Source: Candidatus Bathyarchaeota archaeon (GTDB taxonomy: Archaea > Thermoproteota > Bathyarchaeia > Bathyarchaeales > Bathyarchaeaceae). Taken from it: a stretch of 38,271 bases of DNA. The stretch lies in contig JAOUPL010000001.1 of NCBI GenBank assembly GCA_029879825.1, positions 1 through 38,271 on the forward strand, given 5' to 3'. The notes under the pieces were generated by a model. That model was not told where the DNA came from. It ran no database searches and saw nothing but the letters and a program-made list of their open reading frames with translations. Shown here piece after piece: positions 10,512-20,630 of this stretch; position 1 is the first letter of the stretch; the number at the start of each line of letters is the position of its first letter. The translations under genes and the position numbers were made by a program.

Positions 10512-11621
10512 TTGTTTATGGCAGAAGCAGATGTTTACGAGAAACTGAGAAAGAAAATGAGTTTGTGGCCCATAAAGGTTCCGAGAGCGAGAGAAGCGAT
10601 GGAAATGCTTAGGACGCTGTTCACCGAGGAAGAGGCTGAATTTTTAACTCATTTTACGGCTCCTTACCAAGACGCTGAAACAATGGATCAGATTGTTGAA
10701 AGGACAGGAAAGCCTCGGAAAAGGGTCCAAGAAATTGTAGATCGTTTGGTTTTGAGGGGCTTGCTTTTCAGATTCACGGGCAGAAGAGACGGAAATGTAT
10801 ACTACTCTCTGATGCCAATGATTCCGGGCATTTTTGAGTTCTATTTTGTTTCAGTTCGCGATTCCGATGAAAAACGGAAAGTGTCAGAACTTTTCGAAAA
10901 ATATTATGTGGGCGGGGGTGGCATGGAAGGAGGCGCTTCTAACTATCCTTGGGCCCGAGTGATGCCCGTTGAAAAGACGATAACCCTTGACAAAGAAATA
11001 AGTGCAGGACACGAGATTTTACCCTTCGAGAAGATGTCGGAGTACATTACCACTTCTGGTAAGATAGCTGTCATGAATTGCGCTTGTAGGATACATAAGC
11101 AATGTGATCACCCCTTGGAAACTTGCCTCGTCTTTGACTATTTCGCAGAATTTATGGTGGAGAGGGGGCACGGACGCTACTTAACCGTTGAGGAAGCATT
11201 AGAATTGCTAGAAACAATGGAGAAAGCAGGTCTGGTTCATTCAACCACCAACGTTCAAACAAGACCCCAGTTCGTCTGCAATTGTTGTACCTGCTCCTGC
11301 GGCATCTTGAGAGGCCTCTATGAGTTGCACAACCCTAGGGCTATTGCCAAATCAAACTTTCTTCCTGTGAGAGATGATGAGCTCTGCAATACGTGTAGGA
11401 AGTGTATCCGTATTTGCCCCATGGAGGCAAACGTATACCATGCCTCTCACGATGATGAGCCAGATAGAATCTTCTTCTTGGAAGAGAGATGCATAGGATG
11501 CGGGCTTTGCGCCTACAATTGCCCAAACGACGCCATAAAGCTAGTCAAAATCAAAGATGAAGTTCCAGAAAAGACTCCCAGAGAAGCCATGATGAGGGTT
11601 GAAGCAGAAAGAGTTCATTAA
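10512..11621 (+). CDS. 4Fe-4S dicluster domain protein with N-terminal wHTH-like region
   Basis: Two ferredoxin motifs, CNTCRKCIRICP and CIGCGLCAYNCP, plus extra clusters CACRIHKQCDHPLETC and CNCCTCSC. Likely ATG at 10518. Confidence 0.6.
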   Translation: MFMAEADVYEKLRKKMSLWPIKVPRAREAMEMLRTLFTEEEAEFLTHFTAPYQDAETMDQIVERTGKPRKRVQEIVDRLVLRGLLFRFTGRRDGNVYYSLMPMIPGIFEFYFVSVRDSDEKRKVSELFEKYYVGGGGMEGGASNYPWARVMPVEKTITLDKEISAGHEILPFEKMSEYITTSGKIAVMNCACRIHKQCDHPLETCLVFDYFAEFMVERGHGRYLTVEEALELLETMEKAGLVHSTTNVQTRPQFVCNCCTCSCGILRGLYELHNPRAIAKSNFLPVRDDELCNTCRKCIRICPMEANVYHASHDDEPDRIFFLEERCIGCGLCAYNCPNDAIKLVKIKDEVPEKTPREAMMRVEAERVH

Positions 11622-11688
11622 GAAAGTGCGGTAGAAAGGAAAGTCGTAAGACGATTTGGTACCAACTAGCCTTGGGATATTAACAAAC

Positions 11689-11695
11689 TTTTATA
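11689..11695 (+). promoter_or_regulatory. TATA-like box for the SRP RNA
   Basis: TTTTATA lies 25-31 nt upstream of the predicted RNA 5' end at 11720. Confidence 0.35.
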
Positions 11696-11719
11696 CCTTC
11701 TAGGTGCATCATTTTTCTT

Positions 11720-12038
11720 GGCGGCGGGTCTTAGGCGGGGGGCTAGGGGTCCCCTGAACCGTAAACCCTCTATAGGACGGGCTGAGAGCCTTGGCGAGGC
11801 GTCAAAGATCGTCAGGATTCCCCAGTCCTCTAACCTTGACTATCCGTCCCTTGGGGCTGGCGGTCGTGGAGCAACCTTCGTAGGGAGGCTGTGGACCGCG
11901 TTTGCCAGGCGAACCTGGCCAGGCCCGGGAGGGAGCAACCTAAGCTTGGACGTTCAGCGCTTGAGGGGTTGCGGGTACGAGTAAAGAGGTTGAGGAAACT
12001 GGCGAAAACTGGGTTTCGAACCAAGGTGACTCGCCGCC
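11720..12038 (+). ncRNA. Signal recognition particle 7S RNA
   Basis: About 319 nt and GC-rich. The termini pair (GGCGGCGGGTC / GACTCGCCGCC). Alu-domain-like GGGCTAGGGG near the 5' end. Helix-8 motif CCAGGCCCGGGAGGGAGCAACC. ORFs on both strands here are GC artefacts. Confidence 0.8.
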
Positions 12039-12055
12039 TAGAATTATGATTCTGA

Positions 12056-12499
12056 TCAGAGCTTGTGTCGTTTGCTCGGGACTATTCCTCTGCTGTTTTG
12101 GTATAATCCGCGGTAACCTTTTTTCGCTGGGCTTCCAAGTTTATGGAAAACTATCTGAACTATCGGCTCTCCTTCCTTTATCGTGATCTCCTTCTCTCCG
12201 GCGTTATGAAGATTAAGTGTTAGTTGTCCGCGAAATCCGGGGTCTACAACAGCGAAACTTCCGACGATGCCTTCTCTTGCAAGCGAAGAACGTATGTGAA
12301 GAGAACCCGTTGTCTTTAACCCCAATTCGACGGTTTCCAAAGTTGCTGTCAGTTCATATTGTTTAGGTTTTATAGCTACTTCGCTGGAAGACCTTAAGTC
12401 GTAACCAGCAGGGTTGAGACAAGAAGTTTCAAAGGGTGTAATCTTGATCTCTTCGTTTTTCAAGTGTTCAAGTATTTCCTCGTCGGAAAGCACCGTCAA
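12056..12499 (-). CDS. dCTP deaminase/dUTPase family protein (size suggests dUTPase-like)
   Basis: NPAGYDLR and VVDPGFRGQLTLNLHN motifs. 147 aa with a TTG/GTG start. Confidence 0.7.
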   Translation of the reverse strand: MTVLSDEEILEHLKNEEIKITPFETSCLNPAGYDLRSSSEVAIKPKQYELTATLETVELGLKTTGSLHIRSSLAREGIVGSFAVVDPGFRGQLTLNLHNAGEKEITIKEGEPIVQIVFHKLGSPAKKGYRGLYQNSRGIVPSKRHKL

Positions 12500-12545
12500 C
12501 AGGGTTCACAGCCTTAGTAGAAAGCATCTCTGAAAAAGAGTTTTT

Positions 12546-13496
12546 CTATGGCACCTCCAAAAAAATATGGAGTTCTTGTAGCATTTGGCACGGTTTGCAA
12601 ATTTCTCCGACAGTTGGTTCTCCACATTTTCCGCAGTTCTGTAACTTTGCTTTTTCTGCCATAGCTTCCAACGCTGGTCTAATCCTTTCTACGGATCTGA
12701 AGATGGCGAATTTTGTTCCAGCGTGCTTTTCTTCCATGCGGTTGAGCATGGCCCGTATGTCGTTTCTTAGGGCGGTTTGGGCGTAGGGGCAGGGAATGCC
12801 CTGAAACTCGATTCTTCTCAGGTATGCGTAGAAAGCGATTTCTTTTTCCGGCACTTCGCAGAGTGGTTTCACGCGCTGTACAAGTTTTGGATGGATCACT
12901 GTTAACACAGGCTTGACGCGCGCTATCCGTAGGGCATCGCCGTGAATAATGTTGAGAAGCATGGTTTGGGTTTCGTCGTCGAGACTGTGGGCTGTGGCAA
13001 GCTTGTCCACGCCTGCTTCTCGAGCCGCTGTGTTTAGGGCTCTTCTCCTCAGCACCCCGCAATAGGAGCAAGGTGTTAGGCCCTTTTCTTTCCTCTCTCG
13101 AATCATGTTTACGATTTCGTCTAACGTGTGACCGTACATTCCCTTGAAGGAAGTCACTACGTGTTTTACGCCAAGCTTTTGACAATTTTTCATGGCGATT
13201 TTTAGAGCCTCATCTCTATAGCCCTTTATTCCTTCATCAACTGTGACGGCACTCAGAGCTGCGTCTGGGAAGGCTTTTTCAATCCTTGTCAGTATGTGGA
13301 GGAGAGTTACGCTGTCTTTCCCGCCAGACACGGCCACCATGATTTTGTCTTTCGGTTCAAACATCTCGTACTTAGAAATCGTTCCTCGCACTTTGTTTTC
13401 TACAGATTTGCAAAAGCATCTTCCACAAAGTTTCTCCCCTGAGTAACGACGCATGAAAACAGCTTCTTTCTTCTTACATAAGGTGCACATTACCAT
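12546..13496 (-). CDS. tRNA 2-thiolation PP-loop ATPase (TtuA/Ncs6 family)
   Basis: PP-loop SGGKDS, N- and C-terminal CxxC zinc fingers, CSYCGVLRR, GHSLDDE. Confidence 0.8.
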   Translation of the reverse strand: MVMCTLCKKKEAVFMRRYSGEKLCGRCFCKSVENKVRGTISKYEMFEPKDKIMVAVSGGKDSVTLLHILTRIEKAFPDAALSAVTVDEGIKGYRDEALKIAMKNCQKLGVKHVVTSFKGMYGHTLDEIVNMIRERKEKGLTPCSYCGVLRRRALNTAAREAGVDKLATAHSLDDETQTMLLNIIHGDALRIARVKPVLTVIHPKLVQRVKPLCEVPEKEIAFYAYLRRIEFQGIPCPYAQTALRNDIRAMLNRMEEKHAGTKFAIFRSVERIRPALEAMAEKAKLQNCGKCGEPTVGEICKPCQMLQELHIFLEVP

Positions 13497-13841
13497 TTTT
13501 CACGTCATCTCAGATCGGAGACAGGCCGCTGTTTCTATCTCCCAGACTCTTTCCAAGCAGGAATTAACTAAATAATACTATGATATTTAAAAATTAACCA
13601 GACTCCCTAAAGGAGCTTAGTTTGAGCTTCTTTTCTGATTGTAGATTTCAAAGGTTCTCAACCTCTGGCACAATTGACAACAATTTGCTTATGATTTTAA
13701 CATTGTTTCACAGACGGATTCGCGGGGTAGGATTACTCCAGATGCATTTAACTGGTTCTTTGACTATTTGTTTAAGAGATAATCTAAATGTTCTATAAAG
13801 AAAAAAGAGGGGAGGTTAAGAGTTGGTTTCTGGTTCAGGAC

Positions 13842-14141
13842 CTACAATTCCATTACGAGAGGTATGGCATCTTCGGCTGTCATTGCAGGGGAAACCTTAA
13901 GCATCTTGAAGAGACCGGGTTTTGCGTTTTCCCAGACGAGTGCACCTTTCATAACTTGCTCTACGGTTTCTGCCTCTTCTAGGGTAATGCCCCAATGAGG
14001 CACGTCGCAGGTGATGTACCAGCCAAGGATTTTTACTCCTTCCACGGGCCAGAGTTTCTTCTCCATTAATTCAGCCGCCAGTTTTGCAACATCCCTAGGA
14101 GTAAAGGTTTCTTTTAATTCCCAGTAGCTCAGGAACAGCAT
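13842..14141 (-). CDS. Small conserved protein, DUF3303-like
   Basis: 99 aa. The GVKILGWY...ITLEEAETVEQV...KVSPAMTAEDA pattern resembles DUF3303 from memory only. Confidence 0.4.
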   Translation of the reverse strand: MLFLSYWELKETFTPRDVAKLAAELMEKKLWPVEGVKILGWYITCDVPHWGITLEEAETVEQVMKGALVWENAKPGLFKMLKVSPAMTAEDAIPLVMEL

Positions 14142-14327
14142 AACAATTTTCCACCTTATTTCATTATGAAGGAAAAACTCCCATCAAAATTATGTCACTT
14201 AGGAATATTCCTTCGTATTATATCTCTTGTTCAACTTTTTTAAAATTTTGGGTAAAACCAAGAATTACAAGAAAATCCTTTAAGACTGATGTTCCTTCCA
14301 AACTCTATTAGTTCTTAATCCTAAACT

Positions 14328-14777
14328 TTGATAGGTGATGTTTTCTATTATGTGCTAAAGTTAGGAGTGGTAACAAACTTGCCATTGGAATATGTGGAAG
14401 CTTCAGATGTTAAGAGGTTGGTAAGTGAAATCATAGATGGTCTGGACTTATTTCATGTTGTAGCCCAATTTGTTTATTGTTATCGAAGTAAGGGTTCTAA
14501 ATCTAGAAGTACTGTTGCTCGTATTCATGGGTTAAGTAGAATGTGGCAAGAAGTACTACTACGACCACCAGCATATGTCATTGAAGTTATCTCTGAACGA
14601 TATGACAGGTTGAGTGAAGAAGAGAAGGAAAAAACGTTGATTCATGAACTGTTGCATATTCCTAAAGGATTTTCAGGAGGCTTTCGTCCACACAAAGGTT
14701 ACATTAACAGGAAACGAATAGAAAAAATGCACAAAACCTTGCTAGAAAAAAGATTGTTAAGAGACAATGTGATGTAA
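14328..14777 (+). CDS. Predicted zinc metallopeptidase (HExxH)
   Basis: LIHELLHIP motif in a roughly 150-aa archaeal-type protein. The start is uncertain (TTG). Confidence 0.5.
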   Translation: MIGDVFYYVLKLGVVTNLPLEYVEASDVKRLVSEIIDGLDLFHVVAQFVYCYRSKGSKSRSTVARIHGLSRMWQEVLLRPPAYVIEVISERYDRLSEEEKEKTLIHELLHIPKGFSGGFRPHKGYINRKRIEKMHKTLLEKRLLRDNVM

Positions 14778-14785
14778 TAGTCTTT

Positions 14786-15130
14786 ATGGGAGAACCCATG
14801 TCTTACGTCGTTGTGATTATAACTACGCCTAACAAGGAAGAAGCTTTGAAAATTGTTCGCAGTTTGCTCAAGGAAAGGTTGATTGCCTGCGCAAACATCG
14901 TGGGTCCAGTCTCATCTCTATTTTGGTGGCAAGGAAAGGTCGATGAGGAAAACGAGTTTCTGGTTTTCATGAAATCCCACAAAAGTCTCTTCGAAAGACT
15001 ATCAGAAAGGGTTACGGAAATCCATAGCTATGATGTGCCAGAAATCATTGCACTTCCCATAATAGAGGGTTCGCCACCTTACCTGGACTGGCTGAAGACT
15101 TCCCTCCAACCGGTGAGCGAAGATGACTAA
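14786..15130 (+). CDS. cutA: Divalent-cation tolerance protein CutA
   Basis: 114 aa. ACANI...S.FWWQGKV...E..L..K...YDVPEI pattern. Confidence 0.8.
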   Translation: MGEPMSYVVVIITTPNKEEALKIVRSLLKERLIACANIVGPVSSLFWWQGKVDEENEFLVFMKSHKSLFERLSERVTEIHSYDVPEIIALPIIEGSPPYLDWLKTSLQPVSEDD

Positions 15131-15836
15131 AAAACCAGTGAAACGCGCCGAACGCGTAGAGGTCGTCTACGACAAGAAATGCTGGAACCTGCTAAGAGAG
15201 TTGAGGTCCAAGACAGTTCAAATAATGGAGATTCTAGAAGAGTTCCATCTGCGCTCTATCGCGCATGGAAGCATCGCCCGAGGCGACGTTTCGGAGACAA
15301 GCGACATCGACGTATTCCTGCCAGACCCACCCTCCTCCTTCATGATAGAAACGGCTCTCGAGCGCTCCGGCGTTCAAGTTAATCGTCGAATAGTTGTACA
15401 AGCTACGCCTTTCTACGCGGTGAAGGGATACATTGAGATAGACAAACAACGGTGCATATCTTTTCCTTTAGCAAAGCTTCGCCCAGTGGAGAAAGACTTC
15501 TACAAGTTTGGCGGCGAAGCGTCGCTTTCTATGCTCAAAAAAGACATGCGAGTCCCAGGCGTGGACAAACGCCTCATGCTCATCGAACCCACGCCGGAAG
15601 GCCATGTTGAAAGCGCCATTGTGGGTCGAGAGGAGGCAGTTGCCAACCTTTTAGGCGTCTCTCTCAACACCGTGTTAGACCGTGTTCACGCCCTCTTGCG
15701 TCGCGACGAAGTTGGCAGAACAGGGGTCTTTATTGAGAGAGAGTTGTCACCTGACGAAACGTTTGAGTTGGTTCTGAAGAAACTCGCTGATCAAAATCCA
15801 GCTGTCCGTAGGCGTCTCAAGTTTTTCGGAAAATAA
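15123..15836 (+). CDS. Pol-beta superfamily nucleotidyltransferase domain protein
   Basis: GSIARGDVSETSDIDVF motif. Overlaps the cutA stop by 8 nt, suggesting an operon. Confidence 0.6.
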   Translation: MTKKPVKRAERVEVVYDKKCWNLLRELRSKTVQIMEILEEFHLRSIAHGSIARGDVSETSDIDVFLPDPPSSFMIETALERSGVQVNRRIVVQATPFYAVKGYIEIDKQRCISFPLAKLRPVEKDFYKFGGEASLSMLKKDMRVPGVDKRLMLIEPTPEGHVESAIVGREEAVANLLGVSLNTVLDRVHALLRRDEVGRTGVFIERELSPDETFELVLKKLADQNPAVRRRLKFFGK

Positions 15837-15856
15837 CCGAGGGCATAGATGAATTT

Positions 15857-16936
15857 TCAGCCTAACGGGAAGCGGAGAAGTGCAGCGACGCCACCCAGTG
15901 AAAGTAGTTGGGTTCCTGCCTCGTGCTCCGTGCTAATGACCATGATTTGTCCACCTTTTTCTTCAACTTCCTTCATGATTTTCTCTAAGGCTTTTCTTTT
16001 TTCGTCCGGAGTTTCTCTTAGCGTAGTATCTGCCACGAGAAGTTTTTCAACTGCACCGTAAGCGCTTGCTTTTTCAACTTCGACGAATCCGTATGTTATG
16101 TCTCTCCTTCCCTTTCCAAGTCTTGCTAGAACTTCTTCCATAACCTTTGTTTCTTCAGCTATGCGCACATGCTTCAGCGCTTTGGTAAAGACTCCGGAAC
16201 GCAGTGCTTCGTGTATCCCGGCTACGCCTGCGTTGTTCACACCTTTTACGTCGATAACAGCGTTTGCAACGTCTAGAGCCTCTCTCCTCACATACTTGGA
16301 GAAGTCATTTTTTATGAACCCTGGTCCAATGATGACTATTGGGCTGCGAAGGCTTATCCACGCTTCTCTCAGAGATTTTAAGGCTGTTTTAAAAAATTCA
16401 CTTGTGGCCTTTGTCCTTTTTTCTGCCTCCAACTTTCCCGGAAGTCTCGTTTTTTCCTCTGCCTTTACGTCAATGCCATATTGTCGTAAAACAGCCACGC
16501 AGTATTCTTCGTCATCTATGGACATTATGACGAGGGGTGCCGCTGTTACCCTGCTTGCTCTTTTTAATCTATCGATTTGATGTTTCGGCCACTCAGTTTT
16601 TACGATGGTTATAGGCTTGTTCACGGTTACATCTATGGTGTGACGTGATCCCTTTATGCTTATTTTCTCAGGCGCCTCGCAAACGATTCCATGTATCCGC
16701 AACCGGTTGAGGATTTTGTCCCACAACACCTTTTCAACTTCTACGCCTAAAAAAACTGGAACCCTTTTCCCTTTTTTTGGACGGGCATAATGGTCTTCAA
16801 CTTTAACTTCTCGGGTGGTTCGGGCATGTACTGTATCTTTTTGAAGAATTATGTTGTAGAGGTGCCATAAATCGTCTAGACTCTCTGGTAAGACCTTTGC
16901 GATACCTTTCTTGAGGTTCATCTGCAGGATTTTCAA
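15857..16936 (-). CDS. pelA: Pelota (mRNA surveillance / ribosome rescue factor)
   Basis: 359 aa. The N-terminus MKIL...LPESLDDLWHLYNII and an eRF1-like C-terminal domain are typical of archaeal Pelota. Confidence 0.85.
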   Translation of the reverse strand: MKILQMNLKKGIAKVLPESLDDLWHLYNIILQKDTVHARTTREVKVEDHYARPKKGKRVPVFLGVEVEKVLWDKILNRLRIHGIVCEAPEKISIKGSRHTIDVTVNKPITIVKTEWPKHQIDRLKRASRVTAAPLVIMSIDDEEYCVAVLRQYGIDVKAEEKTRLPGKLEAEKRTKATSEFFKTALKSLREAWISLRSPIVIIGPGFIKNDFSKYVRREALDVANAVIDVKGVNNAGVAGIHEALRSGVFTKALKHVRIAEETKVMEEVLARLGKGRRDITYGFVEVEKASAYGAVEKLLVADTTLRETPDEKRKALEKIMKEVEEKGGQIMVISTEHEAGTQLLSLGGVAALLRFPLG

Positions 16937-17017
16937 AAGGGTGCTTCCTTTCTATGACTGGCGTCGTGCAATAAGTCATACTGAAAACCGTTAAAAACGT
17001 ATTGGCGCCTTATCTTT

Positions 17018-19408
17018 GTGGAGAAAGGCTTGATGAAGAAGACCTTCTGGCTTTTAGATGTTAATCACGAAGTCAAGGATCATCGACCTGAAGTGTGGAT
17101 TTGGGGCATAGACGAAGAGGGAAAACGTATCCTCATCATCGACCGAAACTTCTTAGCATATTTTTATCTTCTAATCAAGGAAAAAGAGAATCCTCAAGCT
17201 GTGATGGAAAGAATACAGACGCGCAAAGAAGACTTTCCCTTTCTTGTTAAGTTGAAAACCGTGGAAAAAAGATTTTTCGGGAGACCCGTGAAGGCAATTA
17301 AAGTTTCTTGTCAGGATCCCGATCTCATAGGCAGGTATTCTAATGTTCTTAGAAAAGTAGAAGGCGTTGAAAAATGTCTTGAAGACGACATTCGTTATTC
17401 CATGCGCTACCTCATAGACAACGACGTAACTCCCTGCGATTGGCATGAAGTCAAAGTAGAAGAAACAGAAAACGAACTTGGGGTTCAAGTTGACGGAGTT
17501 TATCTGGCGAAGTCGTTTCCTCAAGGCGTAAGAAGGACAGAAGCCCCGCAACTGAGGATTTTGGGCTTTTCAATGATCTGTTTCAGTCCTAAAGGTACGC
17601 CCAAACCGGAGAAAAATCCGGTGGCGATAATTTCGGTGGCTACAAACGCTGGCGACGAGGTACAGTTTGTAGCAGAAGATTCTGACGACAAACCCGTCTT
17701 GGAATCCTTCATAAAGTACGTTCGGAGGTTTGACCCCGACATCCTCGTTGGCTACGGCACCAATAGACAGGACTGGCCATACCTCCTCGTTCGTTCTAGA
17801 AAATTGGGCGTCGACTTGTATGTGGACAGGGCGAAAACTGAACCGCATAGAAGCGTTTTTGGTCACGTGTCGGTCATGGGTCGAGTGAACATTGATTTTT
17901 TCGACTTCGCAGAAGATTTTCCGGAGGTGAAAGTGAAGACCTTAGAAAACGTAGCCGACTTTCTTGGCGTCATGAAACTTGAAAAACGCAAGATCATCGA
18001 AGACGTAGACTTTCTTACATATTGGCAGAGTCCAGAAAAACGCCCCTTGTTGCTAAAGTTTTCCAAAGAAAACACTCAATGCGTTATGGGCATAGCTGAC
18101 GCCATGCTGGATTTTGCCATGCAACTATCGAATCTCGTTGGCTTACCCTTAGACTACGTGGGAACCGCTGCGGTCGGCTTTAGGGTTGAATGGTTCCTGA
18201 TTCGGAGAGCCTACAAAATAGGCGAGCTTATTCCAGAAAGAGTTGAACGTCCATACTTCCCATACGTGGGGGCGATTGTTCTTGAACCTAAGCCAGGGGT
18301 TCATGAAGACATAGCCGTGCTCGACTTCAAGGCCATGTATCCCAATATTATGATCACTCAAAACGTTTCACCCGACACCTACGTATCACCTACCGAACCA
18401 GAGCCACCAGGCGGCGTGAATGTAGCTCCAGAAGTAAACCACAGATTTAGAGCCGAGCCACCAGGATTTTACAAAAAAGTTCTGTCCCACCTCATTGATG
18501 TTCGAGATGAAATCACACCTAAACTCGAAAAACTTTCTCCTAAAAGTGCGGAATACCGAGTTCTCGACGCCCGCCAAAAAGCTGTAAAGGTAATCACCAA
18601 TGCCTCATATGGCTATACTGGCTGGATCGGCGCTCGATGGTACATCAAACCGGTTGCCGAAGCCACAACAGCTTGGGGTCGCCAAACCATTTTAAACACC
18701 ATCGAATTGTCCAAAAAAAGTGGATTAGAAGTTGTATACGGTGACACAGACAGCATTTTCGTGAAGGATGATCCCGAGAAAATCAAAAAAATCTCTGAAG
18801 AAGTCGGCAGGAAGTTTGGATTAGAGATAAAGCATGACAAGATATACGTCCGTGTTTTGTTCACCGAGGCTAAGAAACGGTATTGCGGGCTTTTGCCTGA
18901 TGGACGACTGGACATAGTGGGTTTGGAGGTGGTGAGGGGAGACTGGGCGGAAGTCGCTAAAAAAGTGCAGGAAAGGGTGTTAGAAATAATACTTAAGGAG
19001 CAAAAGCCTGAGAAAGCTGTGAAATTCGTACGCCAATACATTTCTGATCTGCGACAAAAAACAGTGCCCTACAGAAACCTCATTATATGGAAAACCTTGA
19101 CCAAACCAATCGAAAAATACGCTGTTAGGGCTCCGCATGTTGAAGCTGCGAGAACGTTGATGAAGGAAGGGTGGGATTTATCCATGGGCGACAAAATCGG
19201 TTACGTCATTGTCGCTGGTCCTGGCCGGTTGTACGAAAAGGCGAAGCCCTATGTTTTAGCCTCCTACGACGAAGTGGACCTCGAATATTACGTTTCGAAC
19301 CAAGTAGTGCCAGCTGCGGCACGAATTCTAGCCATGTTTGGGGTAACCAAAGAAGGGTTGTTGCCTTCAAAAACGCCTAAAACTCTTCTCGAATTTATGG
19401 AAGATTAA
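17018..19408 (+). CDS. polB: Family B DNA polymerase (exonuclease motifs degenerate)
   Basis: Pol motifs LDFKAMYPNIM (A), KVITNASYGYTGW (B), YGDTDS (C). The Exo I/III positions read FSMIC and FSKEN instead of FDIET and YxxxD. The start is GTG 17018 or ATG 17033. Confidence 0.9.
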   Translation: MEKGLMKKTFWLLDVNHEVKDHRPEVWIWGIDEEGKRILIIDRNFLAYFYLLIKEKENPQAVMERIQTRKEDFPFLVKLKTVEKRFFGRPVKAIKVSCQDPDLIGRYSNVLRKVEGVEKCLEDDIRYSMRYLIDNDVTPCDWHEVKVEETENELGVQVDGVYLAKSFPQGVRRTEAPQLRILGFSMICFSPKGTPKPEKNPVAIISVATNAGDEVQFVAEDSDDKPVLESFIKYVRRFDPDILVGYGTNRQDWPYLLVRSRKLGVDLYVDRAKTEPHRSVFGHVSVMGRVNIDFFDFAEDFPEVKVKTLENVADFLGVMKLEKRKIIEDVDFLTYWQSPEKRPLLLKFSKENTQCVMGIADAMLDFAMQLSNLVGLPLDYVGTAAVGFRVEWFLIRRAYKIGELIPERVERPYFPYVGAIVLEPKPGVHEDIAVLDFKAMYPNIMITQNVSPDTYVSPTEPEPPGGVNVAPEVNHRFRAEPPGFYKKVLSHLIDVRDEITPKLEKLSPKSAEYRVLDARQKAVKVITNASYGYTGWIGARWYIKPVAEATTAWGRQTILNTIELSKKSGLEVVYGDTDSIFVKDDPEKIKKISEEVGRKFGLEIKHDKIYVRVLFTEAKKRYCGLLPDGRLDIVGLEVVRGDWAEVAKKVQERVLEIILKEQKPEKAVKFVRQYISDLRQKTVPYRNLIIWKTLTKPIEKYAVRAPHVEAARTLMKEGWDLSMGDKIGYVIVAGPGRLYEKAKPYVLASYDEVDLEYYVSNQVVPAAARILAMFGVTKEGLLPSKTPKTLLEFMED

Positions 19409-19410
19409 CC

Positions 19411-20541
19411 TTAGATTTCTGTGAAGGTTAACAAATTTACCTGCAATGGTTGCTTTATTGCCTCTGAGACGCGAGCAGCCACGAGGAACTTGATGTTCTT
19501 TTCAGCTGCAACATCTACGAGTCTTTGAGTTATAACACCGTCAAAGATCACTGTGTCCACATCCTTTATTCCCTGAAGTTTCTCTGCGAGTTCACTTACG
19601 GGCAGTCGCTCTATTTGCTGCATCTTATTGTTTAGTAGCACAGCCTCTAAGGTTCCTTCCAGTTCTTTTGCGGTTTTAACAATTTGTTGAGGAACTAGTA
19701 TTTTCCGCCGCGCTTTCTTGGCTTTTATTTTTCCTATGGGAACCTTTTCTTTGAGGGCTTTTTCGATTTTTTTGGGGCTTAACTCTTCTACTTCTTTACC
19801 TGGGGGCGCTCTGGCAATGTACTTAACGTCGGTTACCTGCAGCAGTTCTTTGAGGATAAGGTCTCCGCCTCGGTCTCCGTCGAGGAATGCTGTGGCTTCT
19901 TTTTCTCGGCATAGTTTTATGATGGTTTGCGGGATTTTGGCGCCTTCGAGAGCGATGACGTTTTGTATTCCAGTTTTTAACATGTTTATAACGTCTGCTC
20001 TTCCTTCTACTATGATTATTTCCTTTGCACTTTCGATGTCTGGTCCCGCTGTTAATCCGTCAGGTCCATATTTTTCGACTCTTGCCAACCTTAATGTTTC
20101 TGAAACTTCTCTAAAAATTTCATCTGTGCCAGGCATGGTTTCGAGGGTCCATTCATGGAGAACCTCCTTCGCTCTGTCTATGATTGTCCTCCGCCTTGCG
20201 TCGCGTATATCTTCTATTTTATCCAAAGTGACCTTTGCTTCGCATGGTCCTACCCTGTTTATGCTTTCGATGCTCGCTGCGATGATTGCTGTGGAGACTC
20301 TGTCTAGGCTTGTTGGTATGGTTATCGTGCCGGTTGTCTTATCCTGTTTTGATTCTAAACTGATTTCTATTCTTCCTATTCTTCCCGATTTCTGGAGTTC
20401 TCGGAGGTCAAGTTCGGGTCCAAACAAGCCTTCTGTTTGTCCAAAAACTGCTCCGATGACGTCTGGTTTTTCAACCACTCCCTCCACTTCGAATCGGGTT
20501 CGTATAACATACTTTACCGTAACGGTTTGTGACGATTTCAT
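19411..20541 (-). CDS. dnaG: Archaeal DnaG primase (Toprim)
   Basis: N-terminus YVIRTRFEVEGVVEKPDVIGAVFGQTEGL is characteristic of archaeal DnaG. Toprim IIVEGRADV ... DGDRGG. Confidence 0.85.
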   Translation of the reverse strand: MKSSQTVTVKYVIRTRFEVEGVVEKPDVIGAVFGQTEGLFGPELDLRELQKSGRIGRIEISLESKQDKTTGTITIPTSLDRVSTAIIAASIESINRVGPCEAKVTLDKIEDIRDARRRTIIDRAKEVLHEWTLETMPGTDEIFREVSETLRLARVEKYGPDGLTAGPDIESAKEIIIVEGRADVINMLKTGIQNVIALEGAKIPQTIIKLCREKEATAFLDGDRGGDLILKELLQVTDVKYIARAPPGKEVEELSPKKIEKALKEKVPIGKIKAKKARRKILVPQQIVKTAKELEGTLEAVLLNNKMQQIERLPVSELAEKLQGIKDVDTVIFDGVITQRLVDVAAEKNIKFLVAARVSEAIKQPLQVNLLTFTEI

Positions 20542-20630
20542 TATTTTTCACCTCAATCATGAATTTGTCCTCACTATGTTTAAGAGGCCTTCTAGCTTTA
20601 ATCTGTTTGCACCTATTATACTTTACGACT

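Noticed and set aside
11718-12024. ORFs 11718..11984 (+) and 11830..12024 (-)
   Set aside because: They fall inside the SRP 7S RNA. They are open only because of GC richness, and their Arg/Gly/Pro-rich translations are implausible.
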